DNA from: an uncultured Clostridia bacterium
Lineage (GTDB): Bacteria; Bacillota; Clostridia; Christensenellales; UBA1242
Reading direction: 5' to 3'
Length of the DNA stretch: 54,484 nucleotides
Assembly (NCBI GenBank): GCA_934754445.1
Contig: CAKVHZ010000005.1
Coordinates: 1-54,484 of the forward strand
Shown: in pieces, positions 36,696 through 44,910 of the stretch
Numbering within the stretch: position 1 is the stretch's first letter
How the letters are laid out: every line of letters starts with the position of its first letter
Translations under genes and position numbers: made by a program
Notes under the pieces: model-generated
The model's input: the letters and a program-made list of their open reading frames with translations, nothing else
Told to the model about the DNA's origin: nothing
Databases searched by the model: none

Positions 36696-38075
36696 ATGAT
36701 TAAACGACAATTAGTTGAAAACTGGAGTAGAGTTCTATTTCTGCTTGAAAAAGAAATGACAGCAGTAAGTTTTGATTTGTTTATAAAAACTTTAAAACCT
36801 CTTGCTATAAAAGATGATAAAATAATTCTATATGCGCCAACTGAAATGGCAAAAAATCAGTGCGAAAAAAACTTTATGAATTTAATAAAATTTGCACTAG
36901 ATTCAACATTTCCTGGTGAGTTTAGAGATTTTAAAATCATAACAGGTGAAGAAGAAAAAAATAAATTTTTAGATGATGAACTTATTGGAGAAATTCCGCA
37001 AGAAGAAAAAAAAGTTAGTAGTTATAGAACAAACTTAAATCAAAAATATACCTTTTCTAATTTCGTGGTAGGAAAGAGTAATCAAATAGTTTATGCGGCG
37101 TGTAAAAATGTTGCTGATTATCCCGGAGTAAGGTTTAATCCGTTATTCGTTTATGGCGGAGTTGGACTTGGAAAAACACATTTACTTCATGCTATAGGTA
37201 ATCAAATAATACATAACAACCCAGAAATGCGAGTTTTATATATTACTTGCGAACAATTTACTAACGATTATATGGACGCAATTAGAAGCGATTTTAAAGA
37301 TAATGTTATATCAGTTTTTAGAGATAAATATCGTAATGTTGATGTATTACTAATTGATGATATTCAATTTATTGCTAAAAAGATAGAAACACAAGAAAAT
37401 TTCTTCCATACTTTTAATGATTTATATCAACAAAATAAACAAATAGTTATTGCTAGTGATAGACCACCTAAAGAAATTGAAACTTTAAGTGATAGGCTTC
37501 GTAGTAGGCTTGCAAGCGGTTTAATTCAAGATATTGGTCAACCAGATTTTGAAACGAGAGTTGCAATTCTTATGAAAAAGGCACAACTAGAAAACTATAA
37601 TGTTCAAAGTGAAGTTATAGATTACTTGGCTGAAAAATATGATACAAACGTTAGAGAACTTGAAGGTTGTTTAAGTAAAGTCGTTTTCTATGCTAATTTA
37701 CTAGGTCATCATTTTGCCGATATTAATGATGCAAAAGAAGCCCTTAAAAATGTTGAAAAAGATGACAGAGCAAGAATAAATATGGATAGAATTATTGATG
37801 TTTGTTGCGATTATTATAAAGTAGATAGAGATGACCTTACAGGTAAAAAGAAGAATAAAGAAATAGTTGACCCAAGACAAATAACAATGTATTTAATAAC
37901 CGAAATTTTAGATACTCCGCTAGTGGTAATAGGTAGAGTATTTGGAAATAGAGACCATACAACAGTTATGCACGCAAGAGATAAAGTAACAAGACAACTT
38001 AAAGATGATAGTAATTTAAGAGCCGAAATTAGCGAACTTAAAGAACTAATAAAAAACAATAAAGAAGATTTTTAA
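36696..38075 (+). CDS. dnaA: Chromosomal replication initiator DnaA
   Basis: Walker A GGVGLGKTHLLHAIGN, LLIDDIQF, C-terminal DNA-binding domain DHTTVMHA. Confidence 0.95.
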   Translation: MIKRQLVENWSRVLFLLEKEMTAVSFDLFIKTLKPLAIKDDKIILYAPTEMAKNQCEKNFMNLIKFALDSTFPGEFRDFKIITGEEEKNKFLDDELIGEIPQEEKKVSSYRTNLNQKYTFSNFVVGKSNQIVYAACKNVADYPGVRFNPLFVYGGVGLGKTHLLHAIGNQIIHNNPEMRVLYITCEQFTNDYMDAIRSDFKDNVISVFRDKYRNVDVLLIDDIQFIAKKIETQENFFHTFNDLYQQNKQIVIASDRPPKEIETLSDRLRSRLASGLIQDIGQPDFETRVAILMKKAQLENYNVQSEVIDYLAEKYDTNVRELEGCLSKVVFYANLLGHHFADINDAKEALKNVEKDDRARINMDRIIDVCCDYYKVDRDDLTGKKKNKEIVDPRQITMYLITEILDTPLVVIGRVFGNRDHTTVMHARDKVTRQLKDDSNLRAEISELKELIKNNKEDF

Positions 38076-38126
38076 TGAAACAATTTTCATTTTAAATAAT
38101 AAATTAATTAATAGGAGAATAAAAAA

Positions 38127-39248
38127 ATGGGATTATTTAATAGAATAAAAAAACAATTATTAGCAGTTATCGAATACAAAAATGAAGACAAAAATCAAAT
38201 GGTTTATCGTTATCCTTTAACAGAAAGAGATGAAATTATGAACCAATCAACACTAGTTGTTAGAGAAAGTCAAGTTGCAATTTTTGTTCATAAAGGAACA
38301 ATTTGTGATATTTTTGAACCAGGAACTTATAAACTAGCAACAGAAAACATACCTTTCTTAACTAAGGCATTATCACTTCCTACAGGATTTAACAGCCCTA
38401 TAAAAGCTGAAGTTTACTTTGTAAACACTCGTCAATTTACAGGTTTAAAATGGGGAACTCAAAACCCAATTATGCTTAGAGATGCCGATTTTGGTAGCGT
38501 TCGTGTTCGTGGATATGGTGTATATTCAATGAGAGTTAACGATGCTAAAACTTTCTTAAAAGAAATGTTTGGAACAAATTCTAGTTATGGTATTGACGAT
38601 GTAAATTCTCAAACTAAACCATTGTTACTTTCTGGTTTAAGTGATGCTATTAGCGAAAGTAAAGTTAGTGCATTAGATTTAGCAAGTCAATATAAAGAAT
38701 TAGCCGAAGTTGTTTTAAGTCATAGTCAAAATAGTTTTAATAATTTAGGTTTAGAACTATGTAGTTTTATTATTGAAAACATTTCTCTTCCAGAAGATGT
38801 AGAAAAAGCATTAGATGAAAGAACAAAAGTTGGTGTAATGGAAGACAAAATTGGCACATACACTCGTTTAAAAGCAGCAGATGCATTAAAAGATGCAGCA
38901 AACAATCCTAACGGCAATAATATGGCTGGTCTTGGTGTTGGCTTAGGTGCTGGTGCTCAAATGGGTAGTTTATTTGCTAGTAGTTTAAGTGGAGATAATC
39001 CAGTTCAAGACAACTCTACAACTTGTGGTAACTGTGGTGCTAAAATTCGTAAAAATGCTAAATTTTGCCCTGAATGCGGTGCAAAACAAGGTTATAGTTG
39101 TCCGGTTTGTGGAGCAGAAGTTAAAAAGAATTCTAAATTCTGCCCAGAATGTGGAACTAAACTAGAAAAAGAAGGAAAAACTTGCAAATGTGGTGCAAAA
39201 CTTAGTGCTAATGCTAAATTCTGCCCAGAATGTGGAGAAAAAGTTTAA
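38127..39248 (+). CDS. SPFH-domain protein with three C-terminal double zinc-ribbon modules (B. subtilis YdjI-like)
   Basis: AEVYFVNTRQFTGLKWGT and the overall N-terminal pattern match my recollection of YdjI. The tail carries CGNCGAK..FCPECGAK, CPVCGAE..FCPECGTK and CKCGAK..FCPECGEK. Confidence 0.75.
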   Translation: MGLFNRIKKQLLAVIEYKNEDKNQMVYRYPLTERDEIMNQSTLVVRESQVAIFVHKGTICDIFEPGTYKLATENIPFLTKALSLPTGFNSPIKAEVYFVNTRQFTGLKWGTQNPIMLRDADFGSVRVRGYGVYSMRVNDAKTFLKEMFGTNSSYGIDDVNSQTKPLLLSGLSDAISESKVSALDLASQYKELAEVVLSHSQNSFNNLGLELCSFIIENISLPEDVEKALDERTKVGVMEDKIGTYTRLKAADALKDAANNPNGNNMAGLGVGLGAGAQMGSLFASSLSGDNPVQDNSTTCGNCGAKIRKNAKFCPECGAKQGYSCPVCGAEVKKNSKFCPECGTKLEKEGKTCKCGAKLSANAKFCPECGEKV

Positions 39249-40288
39249 TGGCTAAAAAAAATAATCAAAAATGCTTAGGTTGCGGGGGAGATTTAATTTT
39301 CTCTCCCGAAAAACAAGCACTTTTTTGTAAAAACTGTAAAAGTTTACAAAATATTAATGCTAAAAATGAATTTATTAAAATTGATTATAACGAAGAAAAT
39401 ATAGAAGATGTAAAACCTATTACAAAAAGTTGTAATTGTCCTAATTGTGGAGCAAATATAGATACTCAAAATGGAGAAATTAGCAAAATTTGTCCATACT
39501 GCGAAAATAGTTTTGTTCTTTCTTTAAATGAGATAAATGGATTAAAACCTAATGGAATAATACCTTTTAATTTTGATAAAGAAAAAGCAAAAGAATATTA
39601 TAAAAAAGGTGTAAAGAAAAAATATTTTCTTCCAAATGCTTTTAAAAAATCACCTAATTTAGATAAAATTACAGGAACATATGTTCCTTGTTTTAGTTTT
39701 GACGCAGACACTGATTCTACATATAACGGTAGATTAAGGATTCAAGAAACTCGAACGAATAATGGTCAAACACAAACTTATACTAGATACAAAAATATTG
39801 CTGGAGAAAGAAGTTATAATTTTGAAAATGTTATAATTGAAAGTAGCAAATTAACTAATCAAGATTCTTTTGACCAAATAAAACCTTTTTTATTTGATAG
39901 CACAACTATTTATGAATATAGTGAAGATTTTTTGCGTGGCTATGTTGTTGAAAGTTATGATAACAACCTAAAAAATTGTAAAATTTTAAGTGAAAATTAT
40001 ATAAATAGTCAAATAAGAGAAAGAATTTTATCTGCTTACCATTATTCTAGTGTAGATTATTTAGATGTAAGAACAAAATTTTCTAATTATAAATATAGTT
40101 ATGTTCTTCTTCCTGTTTATTTTATTGAATTTAAATACAAAAATAAAGATTACAAAACATATATAAACGGTCAAACAGGAAAAGTAGGGGACGACTTACC
40201 TAAAAGTAAGGTAAAAATTTTCTTCTCTGTTTTTGCTGTTATATTATTTATTGCTTTGGTTTTCGGATTATTTTTCTTCTTAAAATAA
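39248..40288 (+). CDS. Zinc-ribbon protein with C-terminal TM anchor (YdjG-like)
   Basis: TAATG stop/start overlap with the SPFH gene and a GGAG 13 nt upstream (the track ORF starts 18 nt earlier). CLGCGG..CKNC and CPNCG..CPYC. C-terminal helix FSVFAVILFIALVFGLFFFL. Confidence 0.5.
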   Translation: MAKKNNQKCLGCGGDLIFSPEKQALFCKNCKSLQNINAKNEFIKIDYNEENIEDVKPITKSCNCPNCGANIDTQNGEISKICPYCENSFVLSLNEINGLKPNGIIPFNFDKEKAKEYYKKGVKKKYFLPNAFKKSPNLDKITGTYVPCFSFDADTDSTYNGRLRIQETRTNNGQTQTYTRYKNIAGERSYNFENVIIESSKLTNQDSFDQIKPFLFDSTTIYEYSEDFLRGYVVESYDNNLKNCKILSENYINSQIRERILSAYHYSSVDYLDVRTKFSNYKYSYVLLPVYFIEFKYKNKDYKTYINGQTGKVGDDLPKSKVKIFFSVFAVILFIALVFGLFFFLK

Positions 40289-40366
40289 TTAAACAAAATT
40301 TAGCATTTTGTTTATATATTTTGTATTTAATAATATTATATGTTATAATAAAATAAAGGAGAGTTT

Positions 40367-40945
40367 ATGGAAGAAAAAAAAGACAGAGTTGGTCTAGCAT
40401 TATTATTTTCATTTTTAGTTGCTTTAGCAGGTAGTGTTATTTGGGGATTACTTTATTCAACTGGTTGGTTAGTTGCACTAATAGGTTATATTACTGCTTT
40501 TGGTTGTTTCTTTGTTTATACAAGGTTTGCTAAAATGAGTAAATTAACATATATCTGGACTTTAGTTTGGGTAATAGTATTAAATATTGTTGCTACTTTT
40601 GTATCATTAATTATTCTTACTTCATCTATAAGACATATTTCTTTAAGTGCAGCAGTACAATTTATAGCCGATAATTTTGATGTATTAGGTGGTCCTATTT
40701 TTAAAGATATTATTCTAGGCATAATATTCAGTGTTTTAGGTGTTGTTTCATACTATATTTATTATAAACGAAACTTAAAAGCAAAAGAATTAGAACAAGC
40801 GAGAAAAGAAGCATTAAATCAACAATATGGAGTTACTACTTTAGAAGAAAAAGATGAAAGTAGACCAGTTGAAGTTAAAGATGCTGAAATTGTATCAACT
40901 GAACCAACTAAAGAAGAAAAACCAGAAAATACTGATAAAGAATAA
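40367..40945 (+). CDS. Hypothetical 4-TM membrane protein with acidic C-terminal tail
   Basis: 192-aa track ORF with a strong RBS (aaaggagagtttATG). Confidence 0.5.
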   Translation: MEEKKDRVGLALLFSFLVALAGSVIWGLLYSTGWLVALIGYITAFGCFFVYTRFAKMSKLTYIWTLVWVIVLNIVATFVSLIILTSSIRHISLSAAVQFIADNFDVLGGPIFKDIILGIIFSVLGVVSYYIYYKRNLKAKELEQARKEALNQQYGVTTLEEKDESRPVEVKDAEIVSTEPTKEEKPENTDKE

Positions 40946-40989
40946 AAGACTAACAAAAAAGAGTTTATGTAACATAAACTCTTTTTTAT

Positions 40990-42423
40990 TTATCTCATCT
41001 CTTTCTCAAAATATTTAATTAAAATTTTACGAGCAAGTTCGGTGTTTACATATGCAAACCATTTTAATGTTGCATTATTTTTTAAATTCCCTTTTTCATC
41101 TTTATCTATTACAATTTCAACTTTATCATTTTCGTTTAATTTTGTATATGGTGGAAATTTTGTTTTTCCATCATTAATTATTGCATATTTAAATGCAAAG
41201 CCAATATCTCTATGAATTTTAAAAGCAAAATCTAAAACTGTGCTATATTTAGAAATGTATAAAACTTCTTTAGAACGAGTTAAAACTTTAATTAATTCTT
41301 TATCTAAATCGTTAATATTTTCTTCATCTATTTTATCTAAGTTTTGACCTTCAGTAGTTCCTATTTTTACTTTTGTATATTCACTTTCACTAAAAATATA
41401 AAAGTTATATTTATTTTTTATACTATCTTCTACTTGAAAATACATTTTATTTGTAAAAGATCCAATATTAGTATCAATAATTTTTAAATTTGTTTTATGT
41501 GATATTTTATCTATAAATTCTTTAACTGCTTCTTTATGATTAGCATTTTTGTATAGTAAATAAACATTATAGTTAGAAACTTTTAAAATTTGACCTTGTG
41601 AAATTTTTCTTATATCTACTTTTTTATATATTCTTGTTAAATCTTCAAAAACTTTGTATTCTCTTATATTTTTAATTTTTATTGTGTTAATAGAAGTATT
41701 AATAAATAATCCTTTTAAACTTAGTTCTAATTCTTCAATGTTTTTTTCGTTTGTTTTATGATAAATAGTATAATAATCAAAGTATTGTTTACCAGAATCT
41801 CTATTTACCACCTTAAAACACTCATTTTTAATCGCCCTATAAAAGTATTCACTCCTTAGTGCTTTTGCAATAGGAAGCACCCATTTTTCCGTTTCTCTTA
41901 CTTTTTCTAGTTGTTTAGGATACTCAAATGTTTCTATTGTTCTTAAATTATGTAATCTATCAGCAAATTTTATTGCAAAACCACTAGGATTTTCTTTACC
42001 TAAAGTTATTAATTTTTTAAAAGTTTGTTCTTCTATAGAAGATTTAACAAATTTAATATCTTCGTAAACATTATTCTCATCAAAAACATATTTAGTTTTA
42101 TCAATAGCACTAACACAATCAACTAGTTTAAAAATTTTTTCATTAAAATCATTAATTATTTCTTCTTTAGTATATCCACAGTCTTCAATTGTGTCGTGTA
42201 GTAGTGCTCCAGAAATAACATTTTCATCAAAATGTAGTTTTGCTAGTATTAGTGCTACTTCAACGGGGTGACTTATATAAGGAGAACCATCTTTTCTTAT
42301 TTGCTCTTTATGTAAGAATTTTGCTTTATCATAAGCTTTTCTAATAATATTTATATCTAAGTCGTTTTCTAATGCTAATTTTTCAATTAATTCAAATCGT
42401 TTATCAACTTCGTTAAACATCAA
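40990..42423 (-). CDS. RelA/SpoT-homologue: HD (p)ppGpp-hydrolase domain, apparently degenerate synthetase region, TGS; no C-terminal regulatory tail
   Basis: RKDGSPYISHPVEVA, LHDTIEDC, FADRLHNLRT. TGS-like VLDFAFKIHRDIGFAFKYAIINDGK...NDKVEIV. Canonical synthetase motifs were not found by eye. Confidence 0.7.
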   Translation of the reverse strand: MMFNEVDKRFELIEKLALENDLDINIIRKAYDKAKFLHKEQIRKDGSPYISHPVEVALILAKLHFDENVISGALLHDTIEDCGYTKEEIINDFNEKIFKLVDCVSAIDKTKYVFDENNVYEDIKFVKSSIEEQTFKKLITLGKENPSGFAIKFADRLHNLRTIETFEYPKQLEKVRETEKWVLPIAKALRSEYFYRAIKNECFKVVNRDSGKQYFDYYTIYHKTNEKNIEELELSLKGLFINTSINTIKIKNIREYKVFEDLTRIYKKVDIRKISQGQILKVSNYNVYLLYKNANHKEAVKEFIDKISHKTNLKIIDTNIGSFTNKMYFQVEDSIKNKYNFYIFSESEYTKVKIGTTEGQNLDKIDEENINDLDKELIKVLTRSKEVLYISKYSTVLDFAFKIHRDIGFAFKYAIINDGKTKFPPYTKLNENDKVEIVIDKDEKGNLKNNATLKWFAYVNTELARKILIKYFEKEMR

Positions 42424-43372
42424 TACCCCCTTTAATTAATTTATAAATAGAATCATCTTCTTTATTGCTTACTTTAGCAAACCTAAAAATATTTGCTTCT
42501 AAAATTTCATTAAAATAATATTCAAGTTTGTTTCTCACTAAGGCTTGTTTTTGATTATCTGTAAGTTCACTAGAAATTTCATTTTTTTCAGCATAAAGTC
42601 TAATAAATAAATTAATTACATCTTTAATCGCATCTTCCATGTTTACATTGTAGTCATCAAATTTTAATAAATTATAAATTTCGCCATCAGTTACATCAAT
42701 TAATTTTTTACTCATTATTAAAAACTGAATACAAGGATTATGTTCTCTACCTCTTGCTATCGAATTAACTGTGCCAACTCCACCAATATAACTTTGCTTT
42801 GTTGGTGGATTATTTAAAATAATAAAACTTTTATCATTATTTTCTTTATTTTCTAAATCGAAAAATATATTTTGTTCACTTAACGAAATTTCACCATCAT
42901 AAATATTTCCATATTCACTATAAACTTCATAAATTTTTCTTGTTTTTGAATTTAGAACTTTTAACATTTTTAAAGCACTTGTCCTATCTTTCATAAAACT
43001 TGCTGTAACTTTAATATTTTTATCAAATTCTTTATCTTTATAAATACTCAAAATTCCATAATTTAAAGTATTTTTTAAATTTGTATGAACTTCGCCTTTA
43101 TATGAATCATTATTATAATAATATATAATATAATTACCTATAAAATTATCATAGTTCACTTCTTCATTTTCTTCAAAATCAGCAAATAAAAAGTCATCAA
43201 CACTAATTCCAAAAGCATCTTTCAATGCTATTAAAAATTGTATAGATGGCTCACTATTTTTTGTTAAATAATTATTAATACTACTTTGTGAAAAGCCTGT
43301 TCTTTCTGCAATATATTTTTGCGAATATTTATTAGTTAATCTTTTTAAATTATCTTTAAATTTAGAATTCAT
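42413..43372 (-). CDS. XRE-family HTH protein with ~250-aa uncharacterised C-terminal domain
   Basis: N-terminus YSQKYIAERTGFSQSSINNYLTKNSEPS. Its 3' end overlaps the RSH start by 11 nt. Confidence 0.7.
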   Translation of the reverse strand: MNSKFKDNLKRLTNKYSQKYIAERTGFSQSSINNYLTKNSEPSIQFLIALKDAFGISVDDFLFADFEENEEVNYDNFIGNYIIYYYNNDSYKGEVHTNLKNTLNYGILSIYKDKEFDKNIKVTASFMKDRTSALKMLKVLNSKTRKIYEVYSEYGNIYDGEISLSEQNIFFDLENKENNDKSFIILNNPPTKQSYIGGVGTVNSIARGREHNPCIQFLIMSKKLIDVTDGEIYNLLKFDDYNVNMEDAIKDVINLFIRLYAEKNEISSELTDNQKQALVRNKLEYYFNEILEANIFRFAKVSNKEDDSIYKLIKGGIDV

Positions 43373-43580
43373 AATTTACTCCTTTTATAGAGTTTATTTT
43401 AATTATAAAATTATTTTATGTCAATACTTTTTTATTAAAATAATAATAAATATTATTACTTTTATAAATTTATTTAATTACAAAATTAAAACTTAATTTA
43501 TTTTATAGATTATTATATATTTTAGAAATTTTACCTTTTATATTTTACTTGCATTTTTGTTTTGATTAATTTATAATATA

Positions 43581-43651
43581 AAAATAGATGTGAATGTTAT
43601 AGACACTTGTTCTATGGAAAAGTTTTACACTTTTTTACACATCTATTTTTT
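43581..43651. terminator. Long inverted repeat (12-bp closing stem, two inner hairpins) flanked by A- and T-runs; a bidirectional terminator or a small RNA
   Basis: AAAATAGATGTG (43581-92) pairs with CACATCTATTTT (43638-49). Inner stems ATAGA/TCTAT and AAAAGT/ACTTTT. Confidence 0.4.
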
Positions 43652-43717
43652 ATTATTTTTATTCTTAATTATTATATATTTATAAAACTTCAATTTTTTG
43701 TTTTTATTTTTTATTTT

Positions 43718-44002
43718 TTATTTTCCTTTTACTAGTGTTTCATTATCTTTTTTGTAGTTGTCTTTTCTTAATTCTTCTTCGCTAAACTTATCAAAATTAT
43801 TTTCAATATAATCTATTTGATTATTAAAATCACTATTTAAATCTACCTTTTGATTATACTGATTTTGAAGTTTGTTTTGTTTATTAGTTAAACTAGAAAT
43901 TTTAATACTTTGAAGGATAATTACAACAAAAAATATAGCCAAAATGGTTATTACTAAATATTTACCTATTTTTAGCAGTATTCTTGCTTGTTTTTCTGTC
44001 AT
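43718..44002 (-). CDS. divIC: Septum formation initiator (DivIC/FtsB family)
   Basis: 94 aa, N-terminal TM plus coiled coil. Bacillus-like order yabP-yabQ-divIC. Confidence 0.65.
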   Translation of the reverse strand: MTEKQARILLKIGKYLVITILAIFFVVIILQSIKISSLTNKQNKLQNQYNQKVDLNSDFNNQIDYIENNFDKFSEEELRKDNYKKDNETLVKGK

Positions 44003-44369
44003 TACCTAATATCCTTTTAAAAAATTTTAAATTTGAAAGTTTTTTAATAATTTTAACAATAAAATTATAAATCTTTTCAAAAATAAAATCAACTAAAAAG
44101 CCTAAAGTTTTTCGCTCTAAAATAAATCCAAAAATATAGGATAATAACAAATAAATTCTAAATTCGCCGAAATTTACAACATTTAAACAAATTATAAATA
44201 AAAGGGAAAAACCAATACTAAAAATAAAATCTAAGATTATACTGACAACTTTATTCTTTTTTAATAAGTTTAATATAAATATAGTTAAATCTCTAAATAT
44301 TCCAGCAAGAAGTCCAAAATAAATTGCTCCAAAAAATATGTAACTTTGTTTTAAACTTTCAAAAAGCAT
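43962..44369 (-). CDS. yabQ: Spore cortex biosynthesis membrane protein YabQ
   Basis: 135-aa multi-TM protein immediately after yabP. Assigned by synteny. Confidence 0.6.
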   Translation of the reverse strand: MLFESLKQSYIFFGAIYFGLLAGIFRDLTIFILNLLKKNKVVSIILDFIFSIGFSLLFIICLNVVNFGEFRIYLLLSYIFGFILERKTLGFLVDFIFEKIYNFIVKIIKKLSNLKFFKRILGNDRKTSKNTAKNR

Positions 44370-44635
44370 TATTTAAATATCCTTTTAAAAAACCCTTCTT
44401 TAACTTTACTAGATTTACTATATTTTAAACTATCTAAAGTTCCAGTAATTAAAATTTGACCATCATTAAAACTATCAATACTTAGTTCATTTCCACCAAT
44501 ACTTAAATTACTTTCTTTAAGTTTTAAAATTATTCCAGCATTATTACTACTTAAAACTTTTAATACTCCACTAATAGTTATATTATTTCTTTCTATTAAG
44601 TTTAATTTATGAATACCTACTTTATTTTCTTCCAT
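44369..44635 (-). CDS. yabP: Sporulation protein YabP
   Basis: 88 aa. NITISGVLKVLSSNN...LSIGGNELSIDSF...ILITGTLDSLKY matches the YabP repeat pattern. Confidence 0.8.
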   Translation of the reverse strand: MEENKVGIHKLNLIERNNITISGVLKVLSSNNAGIILKLKESNLSIGGNELSIDSFNDGQILITGTLDSLKYSKSSKVKEGFFKRIFK

Positions 44636-44769
44636 AACTTCTCCTTTAAATAGATATATTTAATTTTTTATTTTTCTAGAACATTTTTTCTTTTTTTTTG
44701 CTCCCATAAAGTTAATTATTTATTTTTTTATTTATAAAATATTATTCTAATTATTATAGAATGTGAAGA

Positions 44770-44778
44770 TGTGGATAA
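44770..44778 (-). promoter_or_regulatory. Perfect DnaA box (TTATCCACA on the minus strand)
   Basis: TGTGGATAA read directly in the AT-rich yabP-dnaN gap. It is preceded by a weak box-like TGTGAAGAT. Confidence 0.6.
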
Positions 44779-44848
44779 CTTTTATTTTAAAGAGTAAAAA
44801 TTAGATTTATTTTTACTTTTATAGCCTTATAATATTTATTAAAAATAG

Positions 44849-44877
44849 TTGTAAAATCTTAATATTTATGTTATAAT
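44849..44877 (+). promoter_or_regulatory. SigA-type promoter upstream of dnaN
   Basis: TTGTAA, 17-nt spacer, TATAAT with a TGn extended -10. Confidence 0.5.
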
Positions 44878-44910
44878 TATATTATTGATATAGTTATTTA
44901 GGAGTATAAA

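Noticed and set aside
38990-39248. Tandem DNA repeat at the 3' end of the SPFH gene.
   Set aside because: The repetition is at the protein-module level (three C..CGAK...KFCPECG.K zinc ribbons) with diverged nucleotides. It is a domain array, not a recent DNA repeat or a mobile element.
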